Part shown: one piece after another, positions 8,416-18,270 of the stretch | Layout: each line of letters begins with the position of its first letter | How positions within the stretch are numbered: position 1 is the first letter of the stretch | Assembly: GCA_037447435.1 (NCBI GenBank) | Contig: JBBIGR010000029.1 | Location: 1-63,803, forward strand | Length of the DNA stretch: 63,803 bases | Source: Fibrobacteria bacterium | GTDB taxonomy: Bacteria; Fibrobacterota; Chitinivibrionia; Chitinivibrionales; FEN-1185 | Direction of reading: 5' to 3' | Program-made: the position numbers and the translations under genes | The notes under the pieces: model-generated | Database searches by the model: none | Told to the model about the DNA's origin: nothing | What the model saw: only the letters and a program-made list of their open reading frames with translations

Positions 8416-9662
8416 TATACCTTTACGATTGTTCGAACGCCGTCGACGTCCTGAATTTTACTATTCACATAAAACAACTGTTGCAGTCCGTTTTTCGCGC
8501 ACGCGGCGCAATGATCGCATGTTTCGAATCTTTTTATCAGTTCGGCAAGGGGCACATCCAAATAATTCTCCGCAATGGTCCCGCCTTCCATGTTGCAACA
8601 GGGTATGACCGATCCGTCCCATCGGACCGTGGGGAACCCTTTTTTGTTCTGGCATTTTTTAGTTGCGCGCTGGCTGTAGTTTATTTGGTCTTCGATCGAG
8701 TAGACCATATGTTCGCTGATGGCCCGCATGTTTTCCGGTATCGGTATCCCTTTGACAATAAAATTGTAAATACTTTCGGGAAAAATGTTTGCGATGATCG
8801 GAAGGAACATGAATCCCAACTCCTCAGCAATTCCCTTGACAATATCATACTCTTTTTCCATGTTGTCTTTGTAGACATGGTACACGAGCGCGATCTTGGT
8901 CGTTGCGCGATATTTGTCTATGTAGGATTTAAGGAGATACAGGTTTTCATGGAACGTTTTCCAGTTGCCGCCGGTATGATTCCGTTCATAGTGCTCGCCG
9001 GTTCCCGAACAGGGAACGCGGATGAACGCGGGCGAGGCTTCGATGACCTGTTCCAATGTCTTGACATAGTTTAAATTTGTGGAAAGTTCAACAGCGACGC
9101 CGCAGTCCTGGGCATACCGGATCATCGCAGGCAAGTCCCTGTTTAGCAGCGGTTCCCCCCAACAAAACAGCGATAAACTGGGGAAAATGGGAATTTCCGC
9201 ACGCATTTTATCGAAAATTTCTTTAAAACCGTCGAATTTCATCATGCCGGTTTTTCTCGGAACTCCCATAAATGATCCGAGATTGCATGATGCGCATTTC
9301 AGATTGCAGACCCCAGCGATTTCGATGGTCGGGTAAAGATCGCAAAACTCCAAGCCGTTGATGAAATCCACGTCTTTGACATAACCGGCATTGCCCAGAA
9401 ATGTCATGATTTCACCCATGTACTTGGACTGCGCCGCGATGATTATCAGCGGTTTTATAAAAGCGGCCTTCTCCGTAACGATGTCGGGCCTATAAATATT
9501 CGGGCCTGTTTTGCTTTTGTCAATAAAGCCGGTGACCGAAAAACCGTTTTTATTCAGATAGTCGAACCAAACGTTTCCCCGCGGCCCAGCACCGTAAATG
9601 AAAAATTCCCGGCCGTGAGACATTTCGCGCACACGGTCAAGGGTATAGGTGAATTCCTTCAT
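8415..9662 (-). CDS. Radical SAM protein (Rossmann-like + rSAM + SPASM/twitch), paralogue 1
   Basis: FIYGAG, CNLKCASC, FCWGEP, HTGGNW, C-terminal Cys set; ATGA overlap at 9659-9662. Confidence 0.88.
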   Translation of the reverse strand: MKEFTYTLDRVREMSHGREFFIYGAGPRGNVWFDYLNKNGFSVTGFIDKSKTGPNIYRPDIVTEKAAFIKPLIIIAAQSKYMGEIMTFLGNAGYVKDVDFINGLEFCDLYPTIEIAGVCNLKCASCNLGSFMGVPRKTGMMKFDGFKEIFDKMRAEIPIFPSLSLFCWGEPLLNRDLPAMIRYAQDCGVAVELSTNLNYVKTLEQVIEASPAFIRVPCSGTGEHYERNHTGGNWKTFHENLYLLKSYIDKYRATTKIALVYHVYKDNMEKEYDIVKGIAEELGFMFLPIIANIFPESIYNFIVKGIPIPENMRAISEHMVYSIEDQINYSQRATKKCQNKKGFPTVRWDGSVIPCCNMEGGTIAENYLDVPLAELIKRFETCDHCAACAKNGLQQLFYVNSKIQDVDGVRTIVKV

Positions 9663-10903
9663 AGTGGTTTCTCTTTTCTTCGCATTAGTACATCGACGTC
9701 CAGTCTGTGCAGCCCATTTTCCTGACATTCCCGACATTGCCCGGCGCTATGCCGCACCGTAAGAAGGTCGGGCCAGGAAATTGTCAGATAGCTTTCGGCA
9801 ATCACCGGTCCGAAATAGGTATGGCAAAGCGACACGGAAGTGTCCCAATTTATTATCGGAAAAATCCTTTGACATAAACAGGGATTTTCCCTGTCTTTTT
9901 TGGCCAAATCCAGCATTTCATCAAGATCCCAATCCTGCTTTTTCATTTCACTTTGTACTATTTCCGAAACATTACATTTGCGCGTGTATTGTAAATAATG
10001 CTCGTACGGGTTAACATATCCGTGGCCAAAACAAACTTCGAAACCCAATTGTGATGCAATTTGCTTTAACTGATTAATTTCATTGGAGTTAGCGACATAA
10101 TCGTATGCAATTATCCGAATAGTTGTTTTGCTTTGGCATCTATCTCTTTGTAGGGCAAGTTCATACAAATTTTTTTCGAATATATCCCAAGAAGCGCCTT
10201 TCATATTGATTTCATACGATTTTTTAAAACCGTTGACCGTAATATGCAATTGGCTGGGATTAGCCTGAATAACAGGGGAAATCATTTCGGTAATCTGCAG
10301 GTTCGTAGAAACCGTACACGGTATTTTTCTTTCCGTAACTCTAATTATTTCAGGAAGTTGCGGATTACAGAAAGGTTCACCCCATGTATATAATTCAATA
10401 TGAGTGAGATTTGGAATATCACTTTGTAATTTATCGAATACTTTGATATATGTCTCTAACGACATATTTCCGCCGGATTTTACCCCGTTAAAATTTCCTC
10501 TGGGGCAGCTGAGGCAGGAAATAGTACACATTCCCGAAACATCAATTGCGGCAGCAGGCCGTGAAATTTGAAAATGCGTTATATAAGAAACCATTTTTTC
10601 TTTGCCGTATGCTTGACACATTGCAACGGCGGCATCCCGAACCGAAAGGTTTGCGATTATTATAAATGAAGATGGGTCTTTTACAATTTGCTCGGCAAAT
10701 AAAACAGGGAGATTGCCAACGCATGTTCCAGCCTGGGAAATTCTTCCGTCCAAAAAGCCGGTTACGGGTATTCCGGATTTTTTCAAACTAAGGAGTACGC
10801 TGCATCCGAGCGGACCGCTTCCCCAAATATACACATCACGGTGTTGAGTAATTATTGCAAGTTGTTCAGTCGATAATCCCTGCAAAGTATGTAATGGAAT
10901 CAT
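9659..10903 (-). CDS. Radical SAM protein, paralogue 2
   Basis: YIWGSG, CTISCLSC, YTWGEP, CRECQENGLHR; start ATG 10903 with AAGAGG RBS. Confidence 0.88.
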   Translation of the reverse strand: MIPLHTLQGLSTEQLAIITQHRDVYIWGSGPLGCSVLLSLKKSGIPVTGFLDGRISQAGTCVGNLPVLFAEQIVKDPSSFIIIANLSVRDAAVAMCQAYGKEKMVSYITHFQISRPAAAIDVSGMCTISCLSCPRGNFNGVKSGGNMSLETYIKVFDKLQSDIPNLTHIELYTWGEPFCNPQLPEIIRVTERKIPCTVSTNLQITEMISPVIQANPSQLHITVNGFKKSYEINMKGASWDIFEKNLYELALQRDRCQSKTTIRIIAYDYVANSNEINQLKQIASQLGFEVCFGHGYVNPYEHYLQYTRKCNVSEIVQSEMKKQDWDLDEMLDLAKKDRENPCLCQRIFPIINWDTSVSLCHTYFGPVIAESYLTISWPDLLTVRHSAGQCRECQENGLHRLDVDVLMRRKEKPL

Positions 10904-10916
10904 TACCAAAAACCTC

Positions 10917-12080
10917 TTATGCCCGTGAAAGAAGTATGGAATAAATTGCGTTTGCGGTAATATCTCTGTTTTCACCGAGCTTTGGCTGATTTTCGGATTC
11001 ATACGATTTCGCAATAAAGCGGGCCGCGGTTTCGCCGTGAATGTCGTAATCCGAAAAGCGGACTCCCATGCCGATTTTTCTGAAAAAATTCTCTGTTGCC
11101 AGAATCGCATTGCGGGCGATCTCATCTTTAGTTCCGGTAAGTTGCCAAACCCGCTCACCGAATTGTGCCAATTTTTCTTTTTTCTTTTCCAACTCGTAGG
11201 ACCAAACGCCGGGAAGAACTATTGCCAGAGTTGCGGCATGATCAAGGTTATAGGCGGCAGTCAATCGATGACCGATATCGTGTGTGGACCAGTCCATTAT
11301 AACACCGCGATTTATCGCTCCGTTTAATGCTTGCGCAGCACACCACATCATGTTTGCGCGAGAATTGTAATCGTTTGGTATGGCCAAAACATTGTCGGCA
11401 ATTTCAATGATGGTCAAAAGCAATGCCTCGGCCTGTCTGTCCTGAAGCAAAGAATTATTGGGAATTGTCACGTATTGTTCAAGGACATGAACGAAAATAT
11501 CCACAAGCCCGTTTCGGAGTTGCCGTTGCGGCAAAGAATAGGTCGCTTCCGGATCAAGAACGCTGAATAAAGGATAGACGCAAAAATTTCCGCAAGTAAG
11601 CTTTTCCCGTGTTTCGGTCCGGCTAAGAACAAAGCCGTTGTTCATTTCGGAACCTGTAGCAGGAATTGTGAGAACGGTTCCGATAGGCAAGGCCTTTAAC
11701 GGAGCTTTGCGGTTGTCCTTCATCATTTCCCAAGGAGAATCGCTCTCCGGGTAAAAATAAGCAAGGGCAATAAATTTTGCAGCATCTATAACCGATCCTC
11801 CGCCCACAGCAAGAATAAAAGATATTTGGTTCTTTCGAACAAATTCCAAAGCTTCCATACATTTTTCAAAAGTCGGATTTGCCGGGATGCCGCCAAATTC
11901 CAACACACAAAACCCTGAAAGCGCCTTCATAACCTGCTCATAAACGCCGTTTGTTAAAATCGATCCGCCGCCATATAGGACCAAAATTTTGGAATCGGCA
12001 GGAATTTCGGCGCCGATTTTGGCGATCATTCCTTTACCGAAAAGGATTTTAACCGGATTTCTGAAGATAAAGTTGTTCAT
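10917..12080 (-). CDS. Iron-containing alcohol dehydrogenase (YqhD/Bdh-like)
   Basis: MNNFIFRNP..ILFGKG, YGGGS, GGGSVIDAAK, PATGSEMN, metal ligands in D...H, HDIGH and LDHA. Confidence 0.92.
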   Translation of the reverse strand: MNNFIFRNPVKILFGKGMIAKIGAEIPADSKILVLYGGGSILTNGVYEQVMKALSGFCVLEFGGIPANPTFEKCMEALEFVRKNQISFILAVGGGSVIDAAKFIALAYFYPESDSPWEMMKDNRKAPLKALPIGTVLTIPATGSEMNNGFVLSRTETREKLTCGNFCVYPLFSVLDPEATYSLPQRQLRNGLVDIFVHVLEQYVTIPNNSLLQDRQAEALLLTIIEIADNVLAIPNDYNSRANMMWCAAQALNGAINRGVIMDWSTHDIGHRLTAAYNLDHAATLAIVLPGVWSYELEKKKEKLAQFGERVWQLTGTKDEIARNAILATENFFRKIGMGVRFSDYDIHGETAARFIAKSYESENQPKLGENRDITANAIYSILLSRA

Positions 12081-12123
12081 GTTTTTGGTAAATTCCGATC
12101 ACCGGTAGTGGTGTAAGGTATAA

Positions 12124-12145
12124 AAACCACCGTATACGGTGGTTT
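12124..12145 (-). promoter_or_regulatory. Perfect 22-bp palindrome in the leader of the left operon (attenuator-like hairpin or operator)
   Basis: AAACCACCGTATACGGTGGTTT, ending in TTTTT on the minus strand about 40 nt before the ADH start. Confidence 0.5.
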
Positions 12146-12389
12146 CGTCAATCGATATGCGAGTTGTTGACTAATGATATAGACGTCGTATTTTAATGTA
12201 TCGGATTTTTATGGAAAAAACATAAGCCATATTTAAAAAATAAAAGTATCATAAGAAAAGGCATACCAACGACAAAGCTCATTTTTGTCTAAATATTTTT
12301 TTTCAATATTCCGATAGAATAAATATATATATAAAAGAAGTTGAAAATTCTCCGGCCTGTTTTTTAAAACATGCGGGAAAGGGGTTCAA

Positions 12390-13163
12390 ATGAAAGCGGT
12401 AATTTTAGCAGGAGGTCTCGGCACAAGGCTCAGCGAAGAGACCGTGCTTAAACCAAAGCCCATGGTCGAAATAGGGACCATGCCGATTTTATGGCATATC
12501 ATGAAAATTTATTCCGCGCACGGCATCAACGATTTTATCATTTGTTTAGGTTATAAAAGCTATATGGTCAAGGAGTTCTTCGTAGATTATTATCTGCACC
12601 GTTCCGACGTGACCGTCGACATCCGCAACAGGTCTTTGGCCGTGCATCACAATCATGCCGAACCCTGGATGGTGACGCTGGTCGATACCGGGGAATCGAC
12701 GGCAACCGGCGGCCGTCTCAAACGCGTGACCAAATATCTCAATAACGAAACTTTTTGTCTTACCTACGGCGACGGGTTATCTAATGTCAACATTACCAAA
12801 GAAATAGAATTTCATCGGTCGCACGGAAAGCTCGCCACGCTCACGGCCGTGCATCCGCCGGGCCGCTTCGGCGCGGTCGTACTCGACCCCAAGGCCCATG
12901 TGAAACGTTTTGAAGAAAAAACCGAAGGCGAAAACAGCTGGATCAATGCGGGATTTTTCGTGCTCGAGCCCAAGGTTCTGGACTATATTGACAATGAAGA
13001 TACGGCCTGGGAATCGTCGCCCCTGCAGCGTTTGGCGACCGAAGACCAGTTGCTGGCATTCCATCACAACGGGTTTTGGATGCCTATGGACAGCCTACGC
13101 GATAAAAACCGCCTCGACGAAATGTGGAAAAGCGGATCGGCACCGTGGAAAATATGGCAATAA
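12390..13163 (+). CDS. rfbF: Glucose-1-phosphate cytidylyltransferase
   Basis: MKAVILAGGLGTRLSEET..KPKPMVEIG, TGGRLKR, LTYGDG, GFWMPMD, APWKIW. Confidence 0.96.
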   Translation: MKAVILAGGLGTRLSEETVLKPKPMVEIGTMPILWHIMKIYSAHGINDFIICLGYKSYMVKEFFVDYYLHRSDVTVDIRNRSLAVHHNHAEPWMVTLVDTGESTATGGRLKRVTKYLNNETFCLTYGDGLSNVNITKEIEFHRSHGKLATLTAVHPPGRFGAVVLDPKAHVKRFEEKTEGENSWINAGFFVLEPKVLDYIDNEDTAWESSPLQRLATEDQLLAFHHNGFWMPMDSLRDKNRLDEMWKSGSAPWKIWQ

Positions 13164-13185
13164 AACAATAAGGGCGTTACAAAGC

Positions 13186-14244
13186 ATGGACGGTTTCAAC
13201 GGGTTTTACGCGAATAAAAAGGTCTTCGTGACGGGCAGCACCGGTTTTAAGGGTTCGTGGCTTTGCTTGTGGTTGACAATGCTTAATGCAAAAGTCATCG
13301 GATATGCATTGAAATCAACGTCGTGGCAACCGCTGTTTTCGGATTTGAAACTCGATTCCTTTATCGCCCAGTTCAACGGCGACATTACCGATGCGAGCGC
13401 GATAAAAATTGCTTTAGAAGAATCATCTCCAGAAATCGTGTTTCATTTGGCCGCGCAGCCGCTCGTGCTGGAATCGTATAAAAATCCCCAGGCAACGTTT
13501 TTCATGAACATCCAAGGCACGGTGAATGTGCTGGAAGCTTGCAGGAATGTAAAAAGCGTCAAGGCCATTGTCGTCGTCACGACAGACAAATGTTATTTGA
13601 ATACCGGCGCATTGGCGCGTTACCGGGAATCGGATCCTCTGGGCGGCCGCGATCCGTACAGCGCGAGCAAGGCCTGCGCCGAAATCGTCGCCGCCTCGTA
13701 CCGGGATTCGTTTTTTCTCGCCCAAAAAACGGGCGTGGCAACCGCGCGAGCGGGGAACGTGATCGGCGGCGGCGATTTTTCGCCCGACCGCATAGTGCCC
13801 GACAGCATTTCCCTGTTGCGGAAAAACGATCCGATCACGCTTCGTAATCCTTTGTCAATTCGTCCGTGGCAGCATGTTCTGGAACCGTTGCGCGGATACC
13901 TGATGCTCGGCGAAAAATTATTTTCGGCACCCGAAGCATTTTCATCGGCATGGAATTTTGGGCCTTCCGACGATGGACTCAGGACCGTGCAGGACCTTGC
14001 GGAAAAAATATGCTTTTTCTGGGGAAGCGGCAGCGTTGTTGCGATGTCGAACAATTCCGCGCCGCATGAAGAAAAGATATTGGCTTTAGACACGACAAAA
14101 AGTAGAATATCACTGGGATGGCATCCGTATCTTTCATTCGACGCCGCCGTACGGGAAACCGTTTTGTGGTATCGCGATGCGGCAAAGCAATCGGACATAC
14201 GGCATTATACCAAAGAGCAAATTGAACGAATTTCTCAATACTGA
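13186..14244 (+). CDS. rfbG: CDP-glucose 4,6-dehydratase
   Basis: TGSTGFKGSWL, HLAAQPLV, TTDKCY, DPYSASK, ARAGNVIGGGD, RPWQHVLEPL. Confidence 0.95.
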   Translation: MDGFNGFYANKKVFVTGSTGFKGSWLCLWLTMLNAKVIGYALKSTSWQPLFSDLKLDSFIAQFNGDITDASAIKIALEESSPEIVFHLAAQPLVLESYKNPQATFFMNIQGTVNVLEACRNVKSVKAIVVVTTDKCYLNTGALARYRESDPLGGRDPYSASKACAEIVAASYRDSFFLAQKTGVATARAGNVIGGGDFSPDRIVPDSISLLRKNDPITLRNPLSIRPWQHVLEPLRGYLMLGEKLFSAPEAFSSAWNFGPSDDGLRTVQDLAEKICFFWGSGSVVAMSNNSAPHEEKILALDTTKSRISLGWHPYLSFDAAVRETVLWYRDAAKQSDIRHYTKEQIERISQY

Positions 14245-14256
14245 CGTGGAAAACGT

Positions 14257-14832
14257 ATGCTTTTTATTCCGACGTTGATTTCCGACGTAAAAGTGATCGA
14301 AACGACGCCATTTACCGACGATAGGGGTTTTTTCGAACGCAGGTTTTGCCGCAACGAATTTTCGGCCGCGGGGATTTCGTTTTCAATGGCGCAAATAAAC
14401 CGTTCCATGTCAAAAGCATGCGGGACGATTCGCGGGCTGCATTTCCAACGCGTTCCGAAAAGCGAAATGAAAGTCGTGCAATGCCTCAAAGGAAAGGTGT
14501 TCGACGTTGCCGTCGACATTCGGGAAAATTCGCCGACGTTTTTAAAATGGCATGCGGAAATTTTAAGCCCGACCAACGGCAGATCCTTATGCATTCCCCA
14601 CGGATGCGCGCACGGGTTTCAAACGCTCGAAGAAAATTCCGAAGTTTTGTATTTTACCGACGAGTTTTATAGTCCGGACCATGAAGGGACCTTGCATTAT
14701 GCGGATCCGGCGGCCAATGTTGCCTGGCCCCTTCCGGTAACGGCGATTTCCAAAAAAGACAACGATGCTTCAACGGCCGATATGATTTTTTCTTCCCGAA
14801 AAAAGAGCCATGAAAATGCCGAGCAGCAATAA
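14257..14832 (+). CDS. rfbC: NDP-4-keto-6-deoxyhexose 3,5-epimerase family protein
   Basis: DDRGFF, RGLHFQ, DVAVDIR..SPTF, GCAHGFQTL. Confidence 0.9.
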   Translation: MLFIPTLISDVKVIETTPFTDDRGFFERRFCRNEFSAAGISFSMAQINRSMSKACGTIRGLHFQRVPKSEMKVVQCLKGKVFDVAVDIRENSPTFLKWHAEILSPTNGRSLCIPHGCAHGFQTLEENSEVLYFTDEFYSPDHEGTLHYADPAANVAWPLPVTAISKKDNDASTADMIFSSRKKSHENAEQQ

Positions 14833-15709
14833 AGCTACCACCGGTGAAACGGAATTTTCCACAGGCAAACGACCCTGCGTCGCGGTAACCGGGGCCAATG
14901 GTTTTATCGGAAAGCCGTTGATACGGGCGTTGGAAACTATCGGAACAACGGTCGTTGCAACCGCGCGAACTCCCCAAAAGGCGGAACAACCGAAAGTCGA
15001 TATTGGCGATAAAGCCTCCTGGCCTTCTCTTTTTGCGCAAGGAACTCCGACGCGCCTCATCCATTGTGCCTGGAGCGATTTGAACGATTTCGAATCCCCG
15101 GTTCATTACACGGAACATTTTGCCCGCCATCTGGATTTTTTATTATGGTGCATCGGCAATGGGATTTTGGACATCACCGTAGCCGGCACCTGCTACGAAT
15201 ACGGCTGCGTCGACGGCCAGCTGCATGAAGACATGCCCGCTCAACCGGAGGCAGCCTATGCAATTGCAAAAGACGCTCTGCGAAGGGCGCTCATGCATTA
15301 TGCAAAAAGCAAAGCTTTTACCCTGAAATGGGCAAGGATATTTTACGTAAGCGGAGACGCGGAACAGGAAAAAGGCGTTTTTAAATATGTGAAAGAGGCT
15401 GGAGAAAAAGGACAGTCATCGATCGATCTTTCCTGGGGAGAACAACTGCGGGATTATATTTCACGTACCGATGCAGCGAAGTTTCTGGCACATTTTTGTC
15501 TGCAAAACGATATTTCCGGCATTGTCAACTGCTGCAGCGGGGAACCGAAGGCAATGCGACGGTTGATCGAATCGTATGCGCGGACCTGGCCTTCACTCAA
15601 GCTCAATTTCGGAAAACTTGCGTATAGGGATTACGAGCCGATGGCGTTTTGGGGAAGCACGAACAGAATGAAAGCCGTATTGGCAAGCGGCATGGAGTTT
15701 TTGCAATAA
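14810..15709 (+). CDS. NAD-dependent epimerase/4-reductase (extended SDR)
   Basis: VTGANGFIG, GTCYEYG, YAIAK (YxxxK), GEQLRDY. Confidence 0.88.
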   Translation: MKMPSSNKATTGETEFSTGKRPCVAVTGANGFIGKPLIRALETIGTTVVATARTPQKAEQPKVDIGDKASWPSLFAQGTPTRLIHCAWSDLNDFESPVHYTEHFARHLDFLLWCIGNGILDITVAGTCYEYGCVDGQLHEDMPAQPEAAYAIAKDALRRALMHYAKSKAFTLKWARIFYVSGDAEQEKGVFKYVKEAGEKGQSSIDLSWGEQLRDYISRTDAAKFLAHFCLQNDISGIVNCCSGEPKAMRRLIESYARTWPSLKLNFGKLAYRDYEPMAFWGSTNRMKAVLASGMEFLQ

Positions 15710-15729
15710 GGGGCGAACAAGGAACAATT

Positions 15730-17004
15730 ATGAACAAAACCGATATTTCAAAATTGTGTGATCCGGCAATACTTAAAAAAACTATTGGGAACCGTGACTT
15801 GTACTTCTGGGGCGCCCGGCATGGGTACGGTATGTGCAGGGTCTTTCAACGATTGGGTTTTTCACCCAAGGGCTTCATCGATTCGAGTACGGCCCTTATC
15901 GGAAAACACATTCTCGGCTTTCCTGTATATCAACCGACGCAGATCATTACCGGAAAAACCCCAAAGCCCTATATCGTCATCACGTCGTCCTTTTTCGCAG
16001 ATGAAATATCCGACGAGTGCCGGCGATTGGGGCTTATTGACGAAGTGGATTTCATTCCGTTTACAAAAATCCAGCGTTTCGATTACCAGGTCGATATATC
16101 CGGGCTTTGCAATCTTCGTTGCATTTCCTGTCCCCGCGGAAATATGCCGAATCAGCCCACGGCGGGTTTCATGAAAGTTGATCAATATGAAAAAGTGCTG
16201 GACAAAATTTTACGTGAAGACCCGTTTACCGGGGTCGTGACATTGTACAATTGGGGGGAACCGCTTTTAAACCCGGACCTCGCCGATATCGTGAAAATTT
16301 CAAATGAACGCAGCGTACTGACGGCCATATCGAGCAATTTGAATATCAAACGGGATTTCTCGGATGTTATCAAGCAAAAACCCATGTGGTTCCGTATATC
16401 CGTATCCGGGTTCGGGAAAACCTACGAAACGACGCATACGGGCGGCGATTGGAATTTGCTGCTTAAAAATATGAATCTGTTAAAGCAATGGCGCGAAGAA
16501 TTCCACCCTGACATGGTTGTGGAAATGTTTTACCACATTTACAATCATAATAATACCGACGATTTTAAAAAAATGAAAACGCTGTGCGAAGATCTGGGAT
16601 TTACTTTCAGGTATCGCCATGCCGCCTTGGCGCCGCTGGACAACATACAGTCGGTTATGCAGGGAAAACCCGTGAGCGACCAGGCGAAGCGGGCAATGGA
16701 ACTCCAGATCCTGCCGGTGCATGAGGCAATGGCAATTGCAAAAACGCAAAAAGACAGGGAATGCTCTTATGAACGCTGCATGTGGATAACCTGGGATACA
16801 AGCGTTTCGCAATGCATGGAATGGTATGCCGACGGCGCCAAGCTCGTGCCGAAAAGTTTTCTGGAAACACCGCTTGCAGAAATCATAGAAGCGCGAAGCG
16901 TAAACGCATTTTGCGACAAGTGCAAAGAACAGGCGATACACCGGTGCTATGTCGTATACGGTGATGAAGCCTTGATACGAAGCAGAAAAAGCGTCGAGGA
17001 ATAA
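15730..17004 (+). CDS. Radical SAM protein, paralogue 3
   Basis: YFWGA, CNLRCISC, YNWGEP, HTGGDW, CDKCKEQAIHR. Confidence 0.9.
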   Translation: MNKTDISKLCDPAILKKTIGNRDLYFWGARHGYGMCRVFQRLGFSPKGFIDSSTALIGKHILGFPVYQPTQIITGKTPKPYIVITSSFFADEISDECRRLGLIDEVDFIPFTKIQRFDYQVDISGLCNLRCISCPRGNMPNQPTAGFMKVDQYEKVLDKILREDPFTGVVTLYNWGEPLLNPDLADIVKISNERSVLTAISSNLNIKRDFSDVIKQKPMWFRISVSGFGKTYETTHTGGDWNLLLKNMNLLKQWREEFHPDMVVEMFYHIYNHNNTDDFKKMKTLCEDLGFTFRYRHAALAPLDNIQSVMQGKPVSDQAKRAMELQILPVHEAMAIAKTQKDRECSYERCMWITWDTSVSQCMEWYADGAKLVPKSFLETPLAEIIEARSVNAFCDKCKEQAIHRCYVVYGDEALIRSRKSVEE

Positions 17005-17010
17005 TAGAGT

Positions 17011-18261
17011 ATGTCGTTTTCGCAAACCGTCCAAACGTTTATGGCGAATATCCGCAACAGGCCGCTGTATTTATGGGGAGCGGCGCAAACCGGAATCGGT
17101 ATTGTGCATGCGCTGTCGCGATTGGGCATTACGCCGGCCGGGTTTATTGATAAACGGAAAGAAACACTGAAGGGTTCGGTGTACGGCCTGCCGGTATTTT
17201 TGCCGTCGGAAATCCTTCCGACGTTTGCTAAAGATAACCGCTTTTTCATCGTAGACACCACGACGCTTCATGCGGACCAAATAGCAAACGACTGCCGGGC
17301 CGCAGGGCTTACGCATACCGAAGATTTCATTTCGTACGAACAGATTTGTCCCTACGATTTTCAGGTCATTGTTTCCTCAGTTTGCAATCTGCGATGCATT
17401 TCATGCCCGGTGGGAAACAGGCAAAGCGGCATGCATTCCGGGTTCATGAGTGCCGCCGATTACGAAAAGGTACTCGACAAAATACTCGCCGAAAGCCCGC
17501 TTATCAGCATGATCCAGCTCTTTAATTGGGGTGAACCGATGCTAAATGCCGACCTGGCGAAAATCGTCGAAATCACGAATAGCCGTTTTGTCATGTGTTC
17601 CTTGTCGAGCAATATGAACCGTATACAGGGCCTTGAATCCGTCATTGCGGCAAAACCCGCGTTTTTCAGGGTATCGATGTCGGGGAACGAGAAAACATAT
17701 CCGGTTTCCCATACCGGCGGCTCGTGGCGAAAACTTCTTGACAATCTCAAAGTTTTGTCCGGTTTGCGAAAATCCGTTAACCCGGACATGGTTGTCGAAG
17801 TTGCGTATCATGTGTACGCAAACACGACAAGACAGGATATTGATGCGGCAAAAAAACTATGCGAATCCATGGATTTTGTGTTCAGACCTCATCTGGCCGC
17901 GTTATTACCGCTTGACAATGTATTGGACTATAAAAACAAAACAACGATAAGCCCCGAGGCAAACACAACCATTTCCATGGTCAGACTGTCCATCGACGAG
18001 GCGCTTGCCCGGGCCGATGCCCAGAAAGATCGTGCCTGCAGTTTCGAACGCACGCTTTCAATAGAATCGGATCGTTCGGTTAAGCAATGCGGCTTATGGA
18101 CAAGACCGGAACAAAACGAAGTTGCCCGCGATTTTTTGACAATGCCGCTCGATAAAATCATGGAAAAAAGGCGGGAACACGGGCTATGCAAATTATGCAA
18201 GGCGCACGGCCTTCATCGCTTCTGTTCGATTTATACCGACGATGCATCGAATTTGGCCTAA
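17011..18261 (+). CDS. Radical SAM protein, paralogue 4
   Basis: YLWGAA, CNLRCISC, FNWGEP, HTGGSW, CKLCKAHGLHR. Confidence 0.9.
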   Translation: MSFSQTVQTFMANIRNRPLYLWGAAQTGIGIVHALSRLGITPAGFIDKRKETLKGSVYGLPVFLPSEILPTFAKDNRFFIVDTTTLHADQIANDCRAAGLTHTEDFISYEQICPYDFQVIVSSVCNLRCISCPVGNRQSGMHSGFMSAADYEKVLDKILAESPLISMIQLFNWGEPMLNADLAKIVEITNSRFVMCSLSSNMNRIQGLESVIAAKPAFFRVSMSGNEKTYPVSHTGGSWRKLLDNLKVLSGLRKSVNPDMVVEVAYHVYANTTRQDIDAAKKLCESMDFVFRPHLAALLPLDNVLDYKNKTTISPEANTTISMVRLSIDEALARADAQKDRACSFERTLSIESDRSVKQCGLWTRPEQNEVARDFLTMPLDKIMEKRREHGLCKLCKAHGLHRFCSIYTDDASNLA

Positions 18262-18270
18262 GGAACATAT

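Noticed and set aside
9663..11158. Long N-terminal extensions in the ORF track (e.g. starts 11158, 9737, 12910, 19364, 38615, 40478)
   Set aside because: They overlap upstream genes; downstream starts with an RBS or stop-start coupling fit the domain boundaries.
10917..12080. Phosphonate pathway or sugar-phosphate cyclase role for the Fe-ADH
   Set aside because: No PEP mutase or decarboxylase in the window, and the motifs match the YqhD/Bdh subgroup rather than DHQS-like cyclases.
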